Assembly: GCA_949285875.1 (NCBI GenBank)
Contig: CASDZZ010000004.1
Coordinates: forward strand, 1-55,546
DNA from: an uncultured bacterium
GTDB taxonomy: Bacteria > Bacillota_I > Bacilli_A > RF39 > UBA660
Direction: 5' to 3'
DNA: 55,546 nt
The notes below the pieces were generated by a model. The model saw only the letters and a list, made by a program, of their open reading frames with translations, was not told where the DNA came from and ran no database searches. Shown one piece after another: positions 33,911 through 42,971 of the stretch. The stretch's first letter is position 1, and every line of letters starts with the position of its first letter. The translations under genes and the position numbers were made by a program.

Positions 33911-36223
33911 GTGATTAGATTGGAAAAGATGAATAATTATATTGAGAAAAATATAATGTCTATAATAAGTATATTTTTATTGTTGGAACCATTAATTGAT
34001 ATTTTTACTTCATTACAAATAAATTTTAACATTACAAGTTTTAGCTTAGGAATTATTTTTAAGTTTTTATTTTTACTTGTTATTTTATATTATTATATAT
34101 TTATAGTAAAAATAAAAAATAAAAAAATAATTATTTATATATTCTTAATATCTTTTTTTGTTTTTTTTAATTTGTTTATTGTTAATGGCTTTGCTTTTGA
34201 AAATGTTTCTGGTCTATTTAGAATAATGTTTTTCCCAATATCTTTACTTTTTATCTATGAAATTTATAAGCATAAAAATAAAGTTATTAATAAAAAAATA
34301 CTTCGTTTGGTAGCTTTATTTTACTCATTATTTATTATAGTGCCAGTTTTAACGAACACTGCTTTTGATAGCTATGCGGTAGCAAAAAAAGGTAGTTTAG
34401 GTTGGTTTTATTCGGCAAACGAGATAAGTGCAATTTTAGCAATTTTATTACCTTCTATATTTTATTATACTTTTGAGAAATTTAAAATTTATAAGTTAGT
34501 TCCTTTGATAATTGTAATTATTAGTATATTTATTATAGGAACAAAAACACCTTTAGTAAGTTTATTATTATGTTTATTGTTCTTCTTTGTAAAATATATT
34601 ATAAAATGTTTTTTTAAAAAAAGTTATAAGAAGATTATATGTATATTATTTTTATTTTTGACAGGATTATCTTTAAGCATCATTTTTATACCTAAAACTA
34701 ATATATATAAGAATACGGTTATTCATTTGAATTTTTTAAAAATAGAAAAAGTACAAGAATTATTTGATTATAAAACTATAGATCATTTTGTCTTTGGAAG
34801 AAGACTTACGTTTCTAAGTGAGAATAATGAATTTTATGCAAATAGTTCTTTTGATAAAAAACTTTTTGGCATTGGTTTTTGTGAGGAAGAAAAATTAGTT
34901 GAGATGGATATCTTTGATATTTTTTATCGAACAGGAATTTTGGGTTTTATGCTATTTTTATTACCAGTTATACAATTATTAAAACATTATAAAAAAAATG
35001 ATAAAAAATATATTTTAAGTATTTTAATGGTTTTGTTTTCAAGTGTTTTGGCAGGACATGTCTTAACTGCTCCTTCGGTCTCTATTTTAGTTAGTATTAT
35101 TTTATGTAATTCTTTTTTTGGCAAAGAAGCTAAAAAAGAAGTAATAATAACTTCTTATGATTTAGGAATTGGTGGAATAGAAACCGCACTTATAAATTTA
35201 TTAAAAAATTTCAATTATAGTAAATATGAAGCTACTCTTGTGTTGGAAGAAAAAAAAGGTGTATTTTTAAAGGAAGCAATAAATTTAGTAAAAATTAAAG
35301 AGTATAAAGCTTCTAATAATAAAAATATATATGTTAGGAAAATAATTAATCTAGTTAAAAGAATTAGTTGGATAATTAGGTATGGTAATTATTATGATGC
35401 AGGAATATGTTTTGCAACATATTCTTTACCAGGTACTTTTGTGGTAAAATCATCAGCTTATAATACAATTTTATACGTACATAGCAACTACAATTTACTT
35501 TATAAAAATTATTATGGTAAAATAAAAAAATTTTTTGATGATAGAAAAGTAGATGAGTTTGATTCTCTTATTTTTGTGTCGAACGAATCTAAAAATGATT
35601 TCTTGGGAATATATCCTAATTTAGAAAGCAAGTCATATGTTATTAACAACCTTATAAATGATGATGAAATAATATTTAAGTCTAAAGAAAAAATTAATAT
35701 TAAAAAAAATAACATGACAATTTTGTTTGTTGGAAGACTTGAAGAAGATTCTAAAAAAGTAACAAGAATTTTAAAAGCAGCAAAGCTTTGTAAAGAAAAT
35801 AAATTAAACATAGATTTTTGGATTGTAGGTGACGGCCCAGATAAAGAAAAATATTGTGATTTTATAAAGAATTCACACCTTGATAATGTTTTAATGCTAG
35901 GAGCTAAAACCAATCCTTATCCATATATGAAAAAATGTGATTATGTTATTTTAACTTCTAGATATGAAGGATTTCCAGTTGTTTATAATGAAGCTATTAT
36001 TCTTAAAAAGCCAATTTTAACAACGATAGATGTAACGGATGATGAGATTTCAATAAAAAATAGATTTGGTATTATTTTATCATCAAAACCACAAGATATT
36101 TATGAAGTATTAAAAAAACTAAGTAAAGAAAAGTTTGTTTTAGCAGAAAAAATTGATTTTAAAAAAGTAAATAAAAATCGTATATTAAGATTAGAAAAAA
36201 TTTTGGAGAGTAATAATGATTAA
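33911..36223 (+). CDS. Fusion protein: polytopic O-antigen ligase/polymerase-like (Wzy_C-type) domain + C-terminal GT4 (GT-B) glycosyltransferase
   Basis: Residues ~1-400 carry ~10-12 TM and a Wzy_C-like loop 'GRRLTFLSENNEFYANSSFDKKLFGIGF'. Residues ~410-770 carry 'ITSYDLGIGGIETALINL', 'FVGRLEEDSKK', 'IVGDGPDKEK' and 'LTSRYEGFPVVYNEAI' (GT4 E-x7-E region). Start is uncertain (GTG 33911, TTG 33920 or ATG 33929), because the predicted -10 ends at 33902. Confidence 0.7.
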   Translation: MIRLEKMNNYIEKNIMSIISIFLLLEPLIDIFTSLQINFNITSFSLGIIFKFLFLLVILYYYIFIVKIKNKKIIIYIFLISFFVFFNLFIVNGFAFENVSGLFRIMFFPISLLFIYEIYKHKNKVINKKILRLVALFYSLFIIVPVLTNTAFDSYAVAKKGSLGWFYSANEISAILAILLPSIFYYTFEKFKIYKLVPLIIVIISIFIIGTKTPLVSLLLCLLFFFVKYIIKCFFKKSYKKIICILFLFLTGLSLSIIFIPKTNIYKNTVIHLNFLKIEKVQELFDYKTIDHFVFGRRLTFLSENNEFYANSSFDKKLFGIGFCEEEKLVEMDIFDIFYRTGILGFMLFLLPVIQLLKHYKKNDKKYILSILMVLFSSVLAGHVLTAPSVSILVSIILCNSFFGKEAKKEVIITSYDLGIGGIETALINLLKNFNYSKYEATLVLEEKKGVFLKEAINLVKIKEYKASNNKNIYVRKIINLVKRISWIIRYGNYYDAGICFATYSLPGTFVVKSSAYNTILYVHSNYNLLYKNYYGKIKKFFDDRKVDEFDSLIFVSNESKNDFLGIYPNLESKSYVINNLINDDEIIFKSKEKINIKKNNMTILFVGRLEEDSKKVTRILKAAKLCKENKLNIDFWIVGDGPDKEKYCDFIKNSHLDNVLMLGAKTNPYPYMKKCDYVILTSRYEGFPVVYNEAIILKKPILTTIDVTDDEISIKNRFGIILSSKPQDIYEVLKKLSKEKFVLAEKIDFKKVNKNRILRLEKILESNND

Positions 36224-37151
36224 GTATAGCTTTATAGTACCAGTATATAATACTGAAAAGTATTTGAAAAAATGTTTAGATTCTCTTTTTAATCAAACTT
36301 ATAAAAATTTTGAAGTTATTGTTATAAATGATGGTTCTCCTGATAATAGTAAGGATATATTATTAAAGTATGCGAAAAAATATGATAATTTGAAACTTAT
36401 AGATCAGCAAAATCAGGGGCTTAGTGTAGCAAGAAATAACGGTGTGAAAAGTGCGGCTGGACAATATTTGATTTTTATTGATAGTGATGATTATGTAGAA
36501 AAAAAATTATTAGAAGAAGTAGATAAGAAAATAGGTGATAATGAAGTTCTAAGATATCAAATAATTACTGAGGACGAAAAAGGAAAAAATAAAATTGAAT
36601 ATTTGGAAGAAAGTTTTGAAACAAAAAAAGGGAATTTAGCTTTAAAAGAAATTACAAATTTTAATTTTGTTGAAACCGCATGGTGTTACGTTTTTGAAAG
36701 AAAATTTTATTTAAAAAATAAGTTTATGTTTAAAAAAGGTGTGTTACATGAGGACTTTGGCCTAATTCCTTATATCATATATAAGGCTGATAAAGTATGT
36801 TGTATAAATTATTTGGGATATCACTATATTCAGCGTGAAGGTAGCATTATGAGTGCAAAATCTTATGATAAAGTGATAAAAAAGTCTTATGACATTTTAG
36901 AAATGTATAAAGATATTAGAAAAAAGATAAAAAGTAAAGATTGTAATTATGATAATTATCTTTTAAGTTATATGGCTAATAGTGTTATAAAAAAAGCCAA
37001 GGATTTAAATGAGAAAGATAGAAAAGAATACATTAAGGATCTAAAACAATTAAATATTTTGAATGACATTTTAATAAATACTTTTGCTAGGAAAATTAAA
37101 AAATTATTTATGAAAATTAACTTGAATCTTTATTTAAGGATAATAAAATGA
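36216..37151 (+). CDS. GT2 (GT-A) glycosyltransferase
   Basis: 'SFIVPVYNTEKYL', 'INDGSPDNS' and 'FIDSDD' (DxD) motifs. 8-nt overlap with the upstream gene. Confidence 0.9.
   Translation: MIKYSFIVPVYNTEKYLKKCLDSLFNQTYKNFEVIVINDGSPDNSKDILLKYAKKYDNLKLIDQQNQGLSVARNNGVKSAAGQYLIFIDSDDYVEKKLLEEVDKKIGDNEVLRYQIITEDEKGKNKIEYLEESFETKKGNLALKEITNFNFVETAWCYVFERKFYLKNKFMFKKGVLHEDFGLIPYIIYKADKVCCINYLGYHYIQREGSIMSAKSYDKVIKKSYDILEMYKDIRKKIKSKDCNYDNYLLSYMANSVIKKAKDLNEKDRKEYIKDLKQLNILNDILINTFARKIKKLFMKINLNLYLRIIK
36240..36281 (+). repeat. 42-nt block identical to 37172..37213 (5' ends of tandem GT2 paralogues)
   Basis: 'ccagtatataatactgaaaagtatttgaaaaaatgtttagat' occurs in both genes and encodes PVYNTEKYLKKCLD. 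Confidence 0.9.
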
Positions 37152-38122
37152 TAAAAGTATCTGTTATTGTTCCAGTATATAATACTGAAAAGTATTTGAA
37201 AAAATGTTTAGATAGTTTAGTTAATCAAACTCTAAAAGAAGTTCAAGTAATAGTTATTAATGATTGTAGTCCAGATGATTCTTTAAATATAATGCGAGAA
37301 TATAACAAGAAATATCATAATATAGAAATTTATAGTAACAAAAAAAATAGAGGGATAGGCTATACAAGAAATTTAGGTATTTCTAAAGCTAAGGGAGAAT
37401 ATTTGGTTTTTCTTGATAGTGATGATTTTTTGGATTTAGATAATCTAGAAAAAATGTATGATACTGCTAAAGAAAATAATTTGGATTTAGTGGTTTGTGA
37501 TTTGAAAAAAGTTGATTTAAAAAATAAAATTTTAGGGTATGAAGATATTGGTGATTTTCCTTTTTCAAATTTAGAAAATAATCCTAAGTTGCTTTTGGAT
37601 ATCAATTTAGGGCCTGCTAATAAATTATTTTCAAAAAAATTATTTGAAGATGAAAAGGTAAGATTTTCTGAAAATTTAAAGTATGAAGATTTGTATGTTT
37701 TGCCACTACTTATTGCTAATGCAAAAAAAATAGGAAGAGTAAAAAACACTTATTATAATTATTTAATTCATCAAAAAAGTGAAACCACCACGATGGATGA
37801 AAGGGTTTTTGATATTCTAAAAGTTTTAGAAAAAGTTAATACTGATTTAAAAAAAACAAGTTATTATAAAAATATAAAAGATTATTTAGAATTTTTAAAT
37901 ATAAGAACTTTATTTAGATACACACTTCAGCAAGTCGGTCAAAAGGATAATAATTTATCTGAAAAATTTGTGGATGAAGCATTTGATTTTTTAAATAAGA
38001 ACTTCTCATCTTGGAAAAAAAACAAGTTATTTTCTAAAAGAAATTTTATAAAAAGATTTATTAAGTCTAATAAAATAATAACTAAAATTTATATTAAAAT
38101 AAGGAAAAAGCTTTCAAAATAA
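37148..38122 (+). CDS. GT2 (GT-A) glycosyltransferase, paralogue of the preceding gene
   Basis: 'SVIVPVYNTEKYL', 'INDCSPDDS' and 'FLDSDD' motifs. ATGA overlap with the upstream gene. Confidence 0.9.
   Translation: MIKVSVIVPVYNTEKYLKKCLDSLVNQTLKEVQVIVINDCSPDDSLNIMREYNKKYHNIEIYSNKKNRGIGYTRNLGISKAKGEYLVFLDSDDFLDLDNLEKMYDTAKENNLDLVVCDLKKVDLKNKILGYEDIGDFPFSNLENNPKLLLDINLGPANKLFSKKLFEDEKVRFSENLKYEDLYVLPLLIANAKKIGRVKNTYYNYLIHQKSETTTMDERVFDILKVLEKVNTDLKKTSYYKNIKDYLEFLNIRTLFRYTLQQVGQKDNNLSEKFVDEAFDFLNKNFSSWKKNKLFSKRNFIKRFIKSNKIITKIYIKIRKKLSK
37172..37213 (+). repeat. Second copy of the 42-nt identical block
   Basis: Same 42-mer as 36240..36281. Confidence 0.9.
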
Positions 38123-38142
38123 TGGTTTGTTAGCTTTTTTGT

Positions 38143-38171
38143 TTTTATTATTACGTAATATATGTTATAAT
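38143..38171 (+). promoter_or_regulatory. Possible internal promoter before the ABC-2 exporter genes
   Basis: Extended -10 'tgttataat' (38163-38171). The -35 is poor (T-rich). Confidence 0.3.
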
Positions 38172-38202
38172 TAACAATGTAAAGAATTATAGAGGTGTAT
38201 TC

Positions 38203-39015
38203 ATGATAAAAGTAAAAAATATTTTTAATAATTTTAAAAGATATTGGTTTTTAATGACTCAGCTTATCTCAAGAGATTTTAAAGTTAAGTATAAAAGATC
38301 CGTTTTAGGCGTTGTTTGGAGTCTTTTATATCCTATATTAATGATGGCGGTTATGGCTGTTGTTTTTTCTCAAATGTTTAAATTTAAAGTAGAAGGAATT
38401 AATTATCTAGTATATTTAATGACTGGAATTATTATGTTTAACTATTTTAGCGAGGCATCTAATGCTGCTATGACATCAGTAGTAGATAATTTTAGTTTAA
38501 TTAATAAAGTGTATATTCCTAAGTATATATTCCCAATAGCTAAATGCTTATTTGTTGGTATAAACTTTGTTTTAACTTTGATTCCTTGGTTAGGAGTTAT
38601 AGCATTATCTTATGTTGGGTTAGGAGAGTATGTTTGTCATTTTAATATATATTATTTGCTTCTACCTTACATTTTCTTTTGTATGCTTTTGTTTACGGTT
38701 GGAATTGGGTTACTTCTTTCTTGTATATCAGTATTTTTAAGAGATATGTTTTATATATATGGAATAATAATAACAATATGGAATTATTTAACTCCGGTTT
38801 TTTATAGTGTTGAAATACTTCCTGAAAGTTTGCAAAAAATTATGCAATTTAATCCTTTGTATCAATTTTTTACCGCCACAAGAAGTATAGTTTTATCCGC
38901 ACAAAGACCTTCTTTTACTACTTTAATAGTATTAGGTGCTATAGGGGTAGGTACATTTTTAATAGGCGGCATTATATTTAGAAAAAAACAAGATAAGTTT
39001 ATTTATTATGTTTAG
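38203..39015 (+). CDS. ABC-2 type polysaccharide/teichoic-acid export permease (TagG/Wzm/KpsM-like)
   Basis: 'RDFKVKYKRSVLGVVWSLLYP' ABC-2 N-terminal signature followed by 6 TM. Confidence 0.88.
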   Translation: MIKVKNIFNNFKRYWFLMTQLISRDFKVKYKRSVLGVVWSLLYPILMMAVMAVVFSQMFKFKVEGINYLVYLMTGIIMFNYFSEASNAAMTSVVDNFSLINKVYIPKYIFPIAKCLFVGINFVLTLIPWLGVIALSYVGLGEYVCHFNIYYLLLPYIFFCMLLFTVGIGLLLSCISVFLRDMFYIYGIIITIWNYLTPVFYSVEILPESLQKIMQFNPLYQFFTATRSIVLSAQRPSFTTLIVLGAIGVGTFLIGGIIFRKKQDKFIYYV

Positions 39016-39025
39016 GAGGTACAAA

Positions 39026-39760
39026 ATGATTAATATACAAAATGTTTCTATGAAATTTAATCTTGGTATTGAAAAAGATTTTTCTTTTAAACAAGCTTTT
39101 GTAGACTTTTTTAGTGGAAAAAAGAAAAAGAAAAACGAAGATTTTTGGGCTTTAAAGAATGTTTCTTTTAGTGTTGGTAAGGGTGAAGTAGTAGGCCTTA
39201 TCGGTAGCAATGGAGCAGGAAAAAGTACACTTCTAAAAGTTGTTAGTGGTGTTATGAAGCCTACTAAAGGTAAGGTTACTGTAAACGGAGCTATATCTCC
39301 TATGATAGAATTAGGAGCAGGTTTTGATGGAAATTTAACAGCTAGAGAAAATATTTATTTAAATGGTGCTATTTTAGGTTATTCTAAAAAGTTTTTAGAT
39401 AGTAAATTTGATGAAATTGTAGAGTTTTCTGAACTTAGGGATTTCCTAGAAGTTCCTGTAAAGAATTTTTCTTCCGGAATGACAGCAAAATTAGCGTTTT
39501 CTATAGCAACCATAGTAGAACCTGAAATTCTTATTGTTGATGAGATTTTGTCGGTAGGTGACATTAAGTTTCAAGAAAAAAGTAAGAAAAAAATGATGGA
39601 TATGATAAAAGGTGGTACTACGGTACTTTATGTGTCACATTCTTTAGAATCAATAAAAGATTTATGTACAAAAGTAGTATGGCTTGAACATGGAAAAGTA
39701 ATAAAAATTGGGGATCCAAAAAAGATTTGTGATGAATATTATAAAGAACAGATGAAATAG
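39026..39760 (+). CDS. Polysaccharide/teichoic-acid export ABC ATPase (TagH/Wzt/KpsT-like, no C-terminal carbohydrate-binding domain)
   Basis: 'GSNGAGKSTLLK', 'FSSGMTAKLAFS' and 'ILIVDEILSVGD' motifs. ATG 39026 lies 7 nt after 'aggagg'; the ORF track opens at 39008. Confidence 0.9.
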   Translation: MINIQNVSMKFNLGIEKDFSFKQAFVDFFSGKKKKKNEDFWALKNVSFSVGKGEVVGLIGSNGAGKSTLLKVVSGVMKPTKGKVTVNGAISPMIELGAGFDGNLTARENIYLNGAILGYSKKFLDSKFDEIVEFSELRDFLEVPVKNFSSGMTAKLAFSIATIVEPEILIVDEILSVGDIKFQEKSKKKMMDMIKGGTTVLYVSHSLESIKDLCTKVVWLEHGKVIKIGDPKKICDEYYKEQMK

Positions 39761-39778
39761 TGTGAGGGGGAAAATAAT

Positions 39779-41812
39779 ATGAAAGAATTACATGATAAAC
39801 AAATTAAATTTGTTTTGTTTGATATTTTTGATACAATTGTTTCCAGAAAAGTTCAGCCCGAATATGTCAAAAAAATATGGGCCAATCAACTTATAAAATT
39901 TTTCAAATTAGAATTAGATGCAACAAATTTGTATAATTTAAGAAATAAAATAGAAATTGACTTGGGTAATGAAAACTTAACGTTAGGAAATGACTGCGAA
40001 ATCACTTATGAATCAATTATTAAAAGGTTATATGATTCTTTAAATATAGTAATTCCTTATAAAAATTTCTTAAAGGGATGTGAGCAGATAGAAATTAATA
40101 TAGAATCTAAAGTGCTTGTTTTAAATGATGATATAATGAAAGAAATCATTAAGTTAAAAAAAGAAGGAAAAAAAATAAATTGTGTATCTGATATGTATTT
40201 ATCAAAAAAAATGTTAGAGGAAATTTTTGAAAATTTAGGAATAAAAAATAAGTTTGATAATATTTTTGTTTCTTGTGAATATCTAAAAAATAAAAAGACG
40301 GGTAAACTTTATGATATAGTATTAAAAAAATTAAATGCAAAACCAGAAGAATGTATAATGGTAGGTGATAATTATCATTCTGATTATGAGATTCCTAAAC
40401 AAAAAGGAATTAAATCTGTACATTTAAATAGAAGTGAAAATTATGAATTTTATGAACATTATTTAAATACTCATTCCCCTAAAGTCGTATATGATAATAT
40501 AGATAATTTAGCAAAAATTAACAATGATAATTTTGAACACTCAATTTTTTCTTTGTATAATTTTATAGAAAAATTATATTTTGAATTATTATCGAAAAAT
40601 GCGAAAGAAGTTTTCTTTTTGTCTAGAGAAGGGGAATATTTAAAGAAACTTTTTGATTTTTATTGCGATAATATCTATGGAGAAAAAATAAATTCTCATT
40701 ATTTGTATGTTTCTAGAAAAGCAACTTATTTACCTTCATTAAAGCAAATAGAAGATGAAGATTTTTCATCATTATTAAATCAGTATTCTTATATTACAAT
40801 AGTGGAATTTTTAAAAAGTTTGAATTTTGAAAAAGAGGAAATAAAACAAATTATTGATTCGTATAAGAAAGATTGTAATTTATTATTGGATAAATTTATT
40901 TCAGATAAATCTTATAAAAAACAACTAGAAAATATAATTACAGAAGATGTTAATAAAAAAATACCTAATTTTATTAAGTCTGGTTCTCTAAAGGTGCTTA
41001 AAAATAATGAACTGTTTAAGAAAATTTATGAAAAAAATCGAACAGAACAAAAAAGTAATTTTATTGAATATATTAAACAAAAAACTAAAAATAAGCTTAT
41101 ATATGTAGTAGACATAGGGTGGAATGGATCAATCCAAAATAATATTCAAAATATTTTAGGTGATTTTTATACTATTGAAGGTTTTTATTTTGGAATGAAT
41201 AGGAGAAATAAAAAAGAAAAAATAAAAAAATATGGGTTAATGTTTACAACCGAACCAAAAAATAAAGAATTTGATTTGTATAATCAAAATAGATCGTTAT
41301 ATGAAATAATATTAGGTGCATCTCATGGAAGTGCTAATAAATATACTAGAAAAAATAAAGAGATAGAAGTTTCTTTGTTTTCAATGAAGGAAGAAAAAAA
41401 TATATATGATAAAATTATAAAGCCCTTGCAAGATAGAATGTTTGAAACTTATAAACAAATAGTTTTATTATTAGCTAATGGATATTATGATAATTATAAG
41501 ATATATAAGATTTTTAATAAAATTCAATATAATATGTTATTTAGGCCAAATAAAGAACAATTGAATTTCTTTAACAAAATATACCATTATGAAAATTTTG
41601 GGGTATTTGAGTTTACGGAATTTAATGTAAAAAATAAAATTAGCTTAAAACGCTATATTAAGGAAAACTTAAAATTTATTTTAAAATATGATAGTTTTTT
41701 CGATGATTCATTTTGGCCAGTTCTCAAATTAAAAAACTTGAGATTATTTATTCCATACTTTATATATACTACATCAAAAAAAATAAAATTTAAAAAGAAG
41801 GATTTGATATAA
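39779..41812 (+). CDS. Two-domain protein: N-terminal HAD-like hydrolase fold + ~430-aa C-terminal domain of unknown function
   Basis: 'FVLFDIFDTIV' (motif I-like, DxxDT spacing), 'CVSDMY' (motif II-like) and 'KTGKLY...MVGDNYHSDYEIPKQKG' (motifs III/IV-like). The C-terminal part has 'VVDIGWNGSIQNNIQ' and no family I can name with certainty. It possibly corresponds to the long 'predicted HAD hydrolase' COG type. Confidence 0.6.
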   Translation: MKELHDKQIKFVLFDIFDTIVSRKVQPEYVKKIWANQLIKFFKLELDATNLYNLRNKIEIDLGNENLTLGNDCEITYESIIKRLYDSLNIVIPYKNFLKGCEQIEINIESKVLVLNDDIMKEIIKLKKEGKKINCVSDMYLSKKMLEEIFENLGIKNKFDNIFVSCEYLKNKKTGKLYDIVLKKLNAKPEECIMVGDNYHSDYEIPKQKGIKSVHLNRSENYEFYEHYLNTHSPKVVYDNIDNLAKINNDNFEHSIFSLYNFIEKLYFELLSKNAKEVFFLSREGEYLKKLFDFYCDNIYGEKINSHYLYVSRKATYLPSLKQIEDEDFSSLLNQYSYITIVEFLKSLNFEKEEIKQIIDSYKKDCNLLLDKFISDKSYKKQLENIITEDVNKKIPNFIKSGSLKVLKNNELFKKIYEKNRTEQKSNFIEYIKQKTKNKLIYVVDIGWNGSIQNNIQNILGDFYTIEGFYFGMNRRNKKEKIKKYGLMFTTEPKNKEFDLYNQNRSLYEIILGASHGSANKYTRKNKEIEVSLFSMKEEKNIYDKIIKPLQDRMFETYKQIVLLLANGYYDNYKIYKIFNKIQYNMLFRPNKEQLNFFNKIYHYENFGVFEFTEFNVKNKISLKRYIKENLKFILKYDSFFDDSFWPVLKLKNLRLFIPYFIYTTSKKIKFKKKDLI

Positions 41813-42969
41813 TGAAATGTATTTTTACACTTGGATCTCCTGCGATTGGGGGAGGTACAATAGTTATATTTGAACATGCTACTAGAATGAAAGCAGCAGG
41901 GGAAGATGTCTATATTGTCACGGATAGAAAAATTTCTAAAGAAGAATATTCGTGGCATCCCTTGGCTCATACCTTAAAATGGGTTACTTATGATGAAGTT
42001 AAAAATGTTGAATTTGACATGGCAATTGCTACATGGTGGAGAACAGTTTATGAATTATATAGAATAAAATCAAAAAAGTATATTTATTTTGTTCAATCTA
42101 TTGAGTCAAAATTTTATTCTGATGACGAACAAGGATTAAAGATGCTAGCTGAAATGACATATATGCTTGACATGAAGGTTATCACGGAGGCTAAGTGGAT
42201 TAAAGAATATCTAGAAAAATATGGTATAGATGCTTATTTGGTTCATAATGGAATAAGAAAGGATACTTTTACGTTAGATGGTGAGACTTATGATAAGTGT
42301 AATGGATTAAGGGTTTTAGTAGAGGGACCTATAGATGTAGGTTTCAAAAATGTTCCAAAAACTATTGAGTTGGTAAAGAAAAGTCAGGCAGATGAAATTT
42401 GGCTTTTGACTTCTTCAAAGATAGATTCTTATGAAGGTGTAGATAGAGTATTTTCAAGTGTACCACCAGCAGAATGTTCCAAAATTTATAGGTCATGTGA
42501 TGTTTTAGTTAAATTAAGTTATGTTGAAGGAATGTTTGGTCCACCGTTAGAAATGTTTCATTGCGGCGGAACAACAATAGTTTATGATGTTACTGGTCAT
42601 GATGAATATATAGTCCATAATAAGAATGGATTAGTAGTAAAAACAGATAATGAAGAACAAGTTGTAGAATATATAAATAAATTGAAAGATAAAAAACTTT
42701 TAAATAAATTAAAAAAAGGAGCTATTAAGACAGCATCAGAATGGATTTCTTGGGAACAATCTTCAGAAGGATTTTATAACACTGTAAAAAAACTTAATAA
42801 ATTGGATTCTGTTAACCAGCAAACGATTGAATATAGATCTAAATTTTTCTTATCTGTATATATAAATTATGAAACTAAAAATACTTCTATAAGAAGAAAA
42901 ATAGGTGATTTTTTAAGAGCTAAAATGCCTAGGGCATATAGTCTTTATAGGAAAATTATAGGGAGGTAA
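41812..42969 (+). CDS. GT4 (GT-B) glycosyltransferase
   Basis: 'GSPAIGGGTIVIFEHATRM' N-terminus and the E-x7-E region 'VEGMFGPPLEMFHCGGTTIVYD'. Its start overlaps the upstream stop. Confidence 0.8.
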   Translation: MKCIFTLGSPAIGGGTIVIFEHATRMKAAGEDVYIVTDRKISKEEYSWHPLAHTLKWVTYDEVKNVEFDMAIATWWRTVYELYRIKSKKYIYFVQSIESKFYSDDEQGLKMLAEMTYMLDMKVITEAKWIKEYLEKYGIDAYLVHNGIRKDTFTLDGETYDKCNGLRVLVEGPIDVGFKNVPKTIELVKKSQADEIWLLTSSKIDSYEGVDRVFSSVPPAECSKIYRSCDVLVKLSYVEGMFGPPLEMFHCGGTTIVYDVTGHDEYIVHNKNGLVVKTDNEEQVVEYINKLKDKKLLNKLKKGAIKTASEWISWEQSSEGFYNTVKKLNKLDSVNQQTIEYRSKFFLSVYINYETKNTSIRRKIGDFLRAKMPRAYSLYRKIIGR

Positions 42970-42971
42970 AT

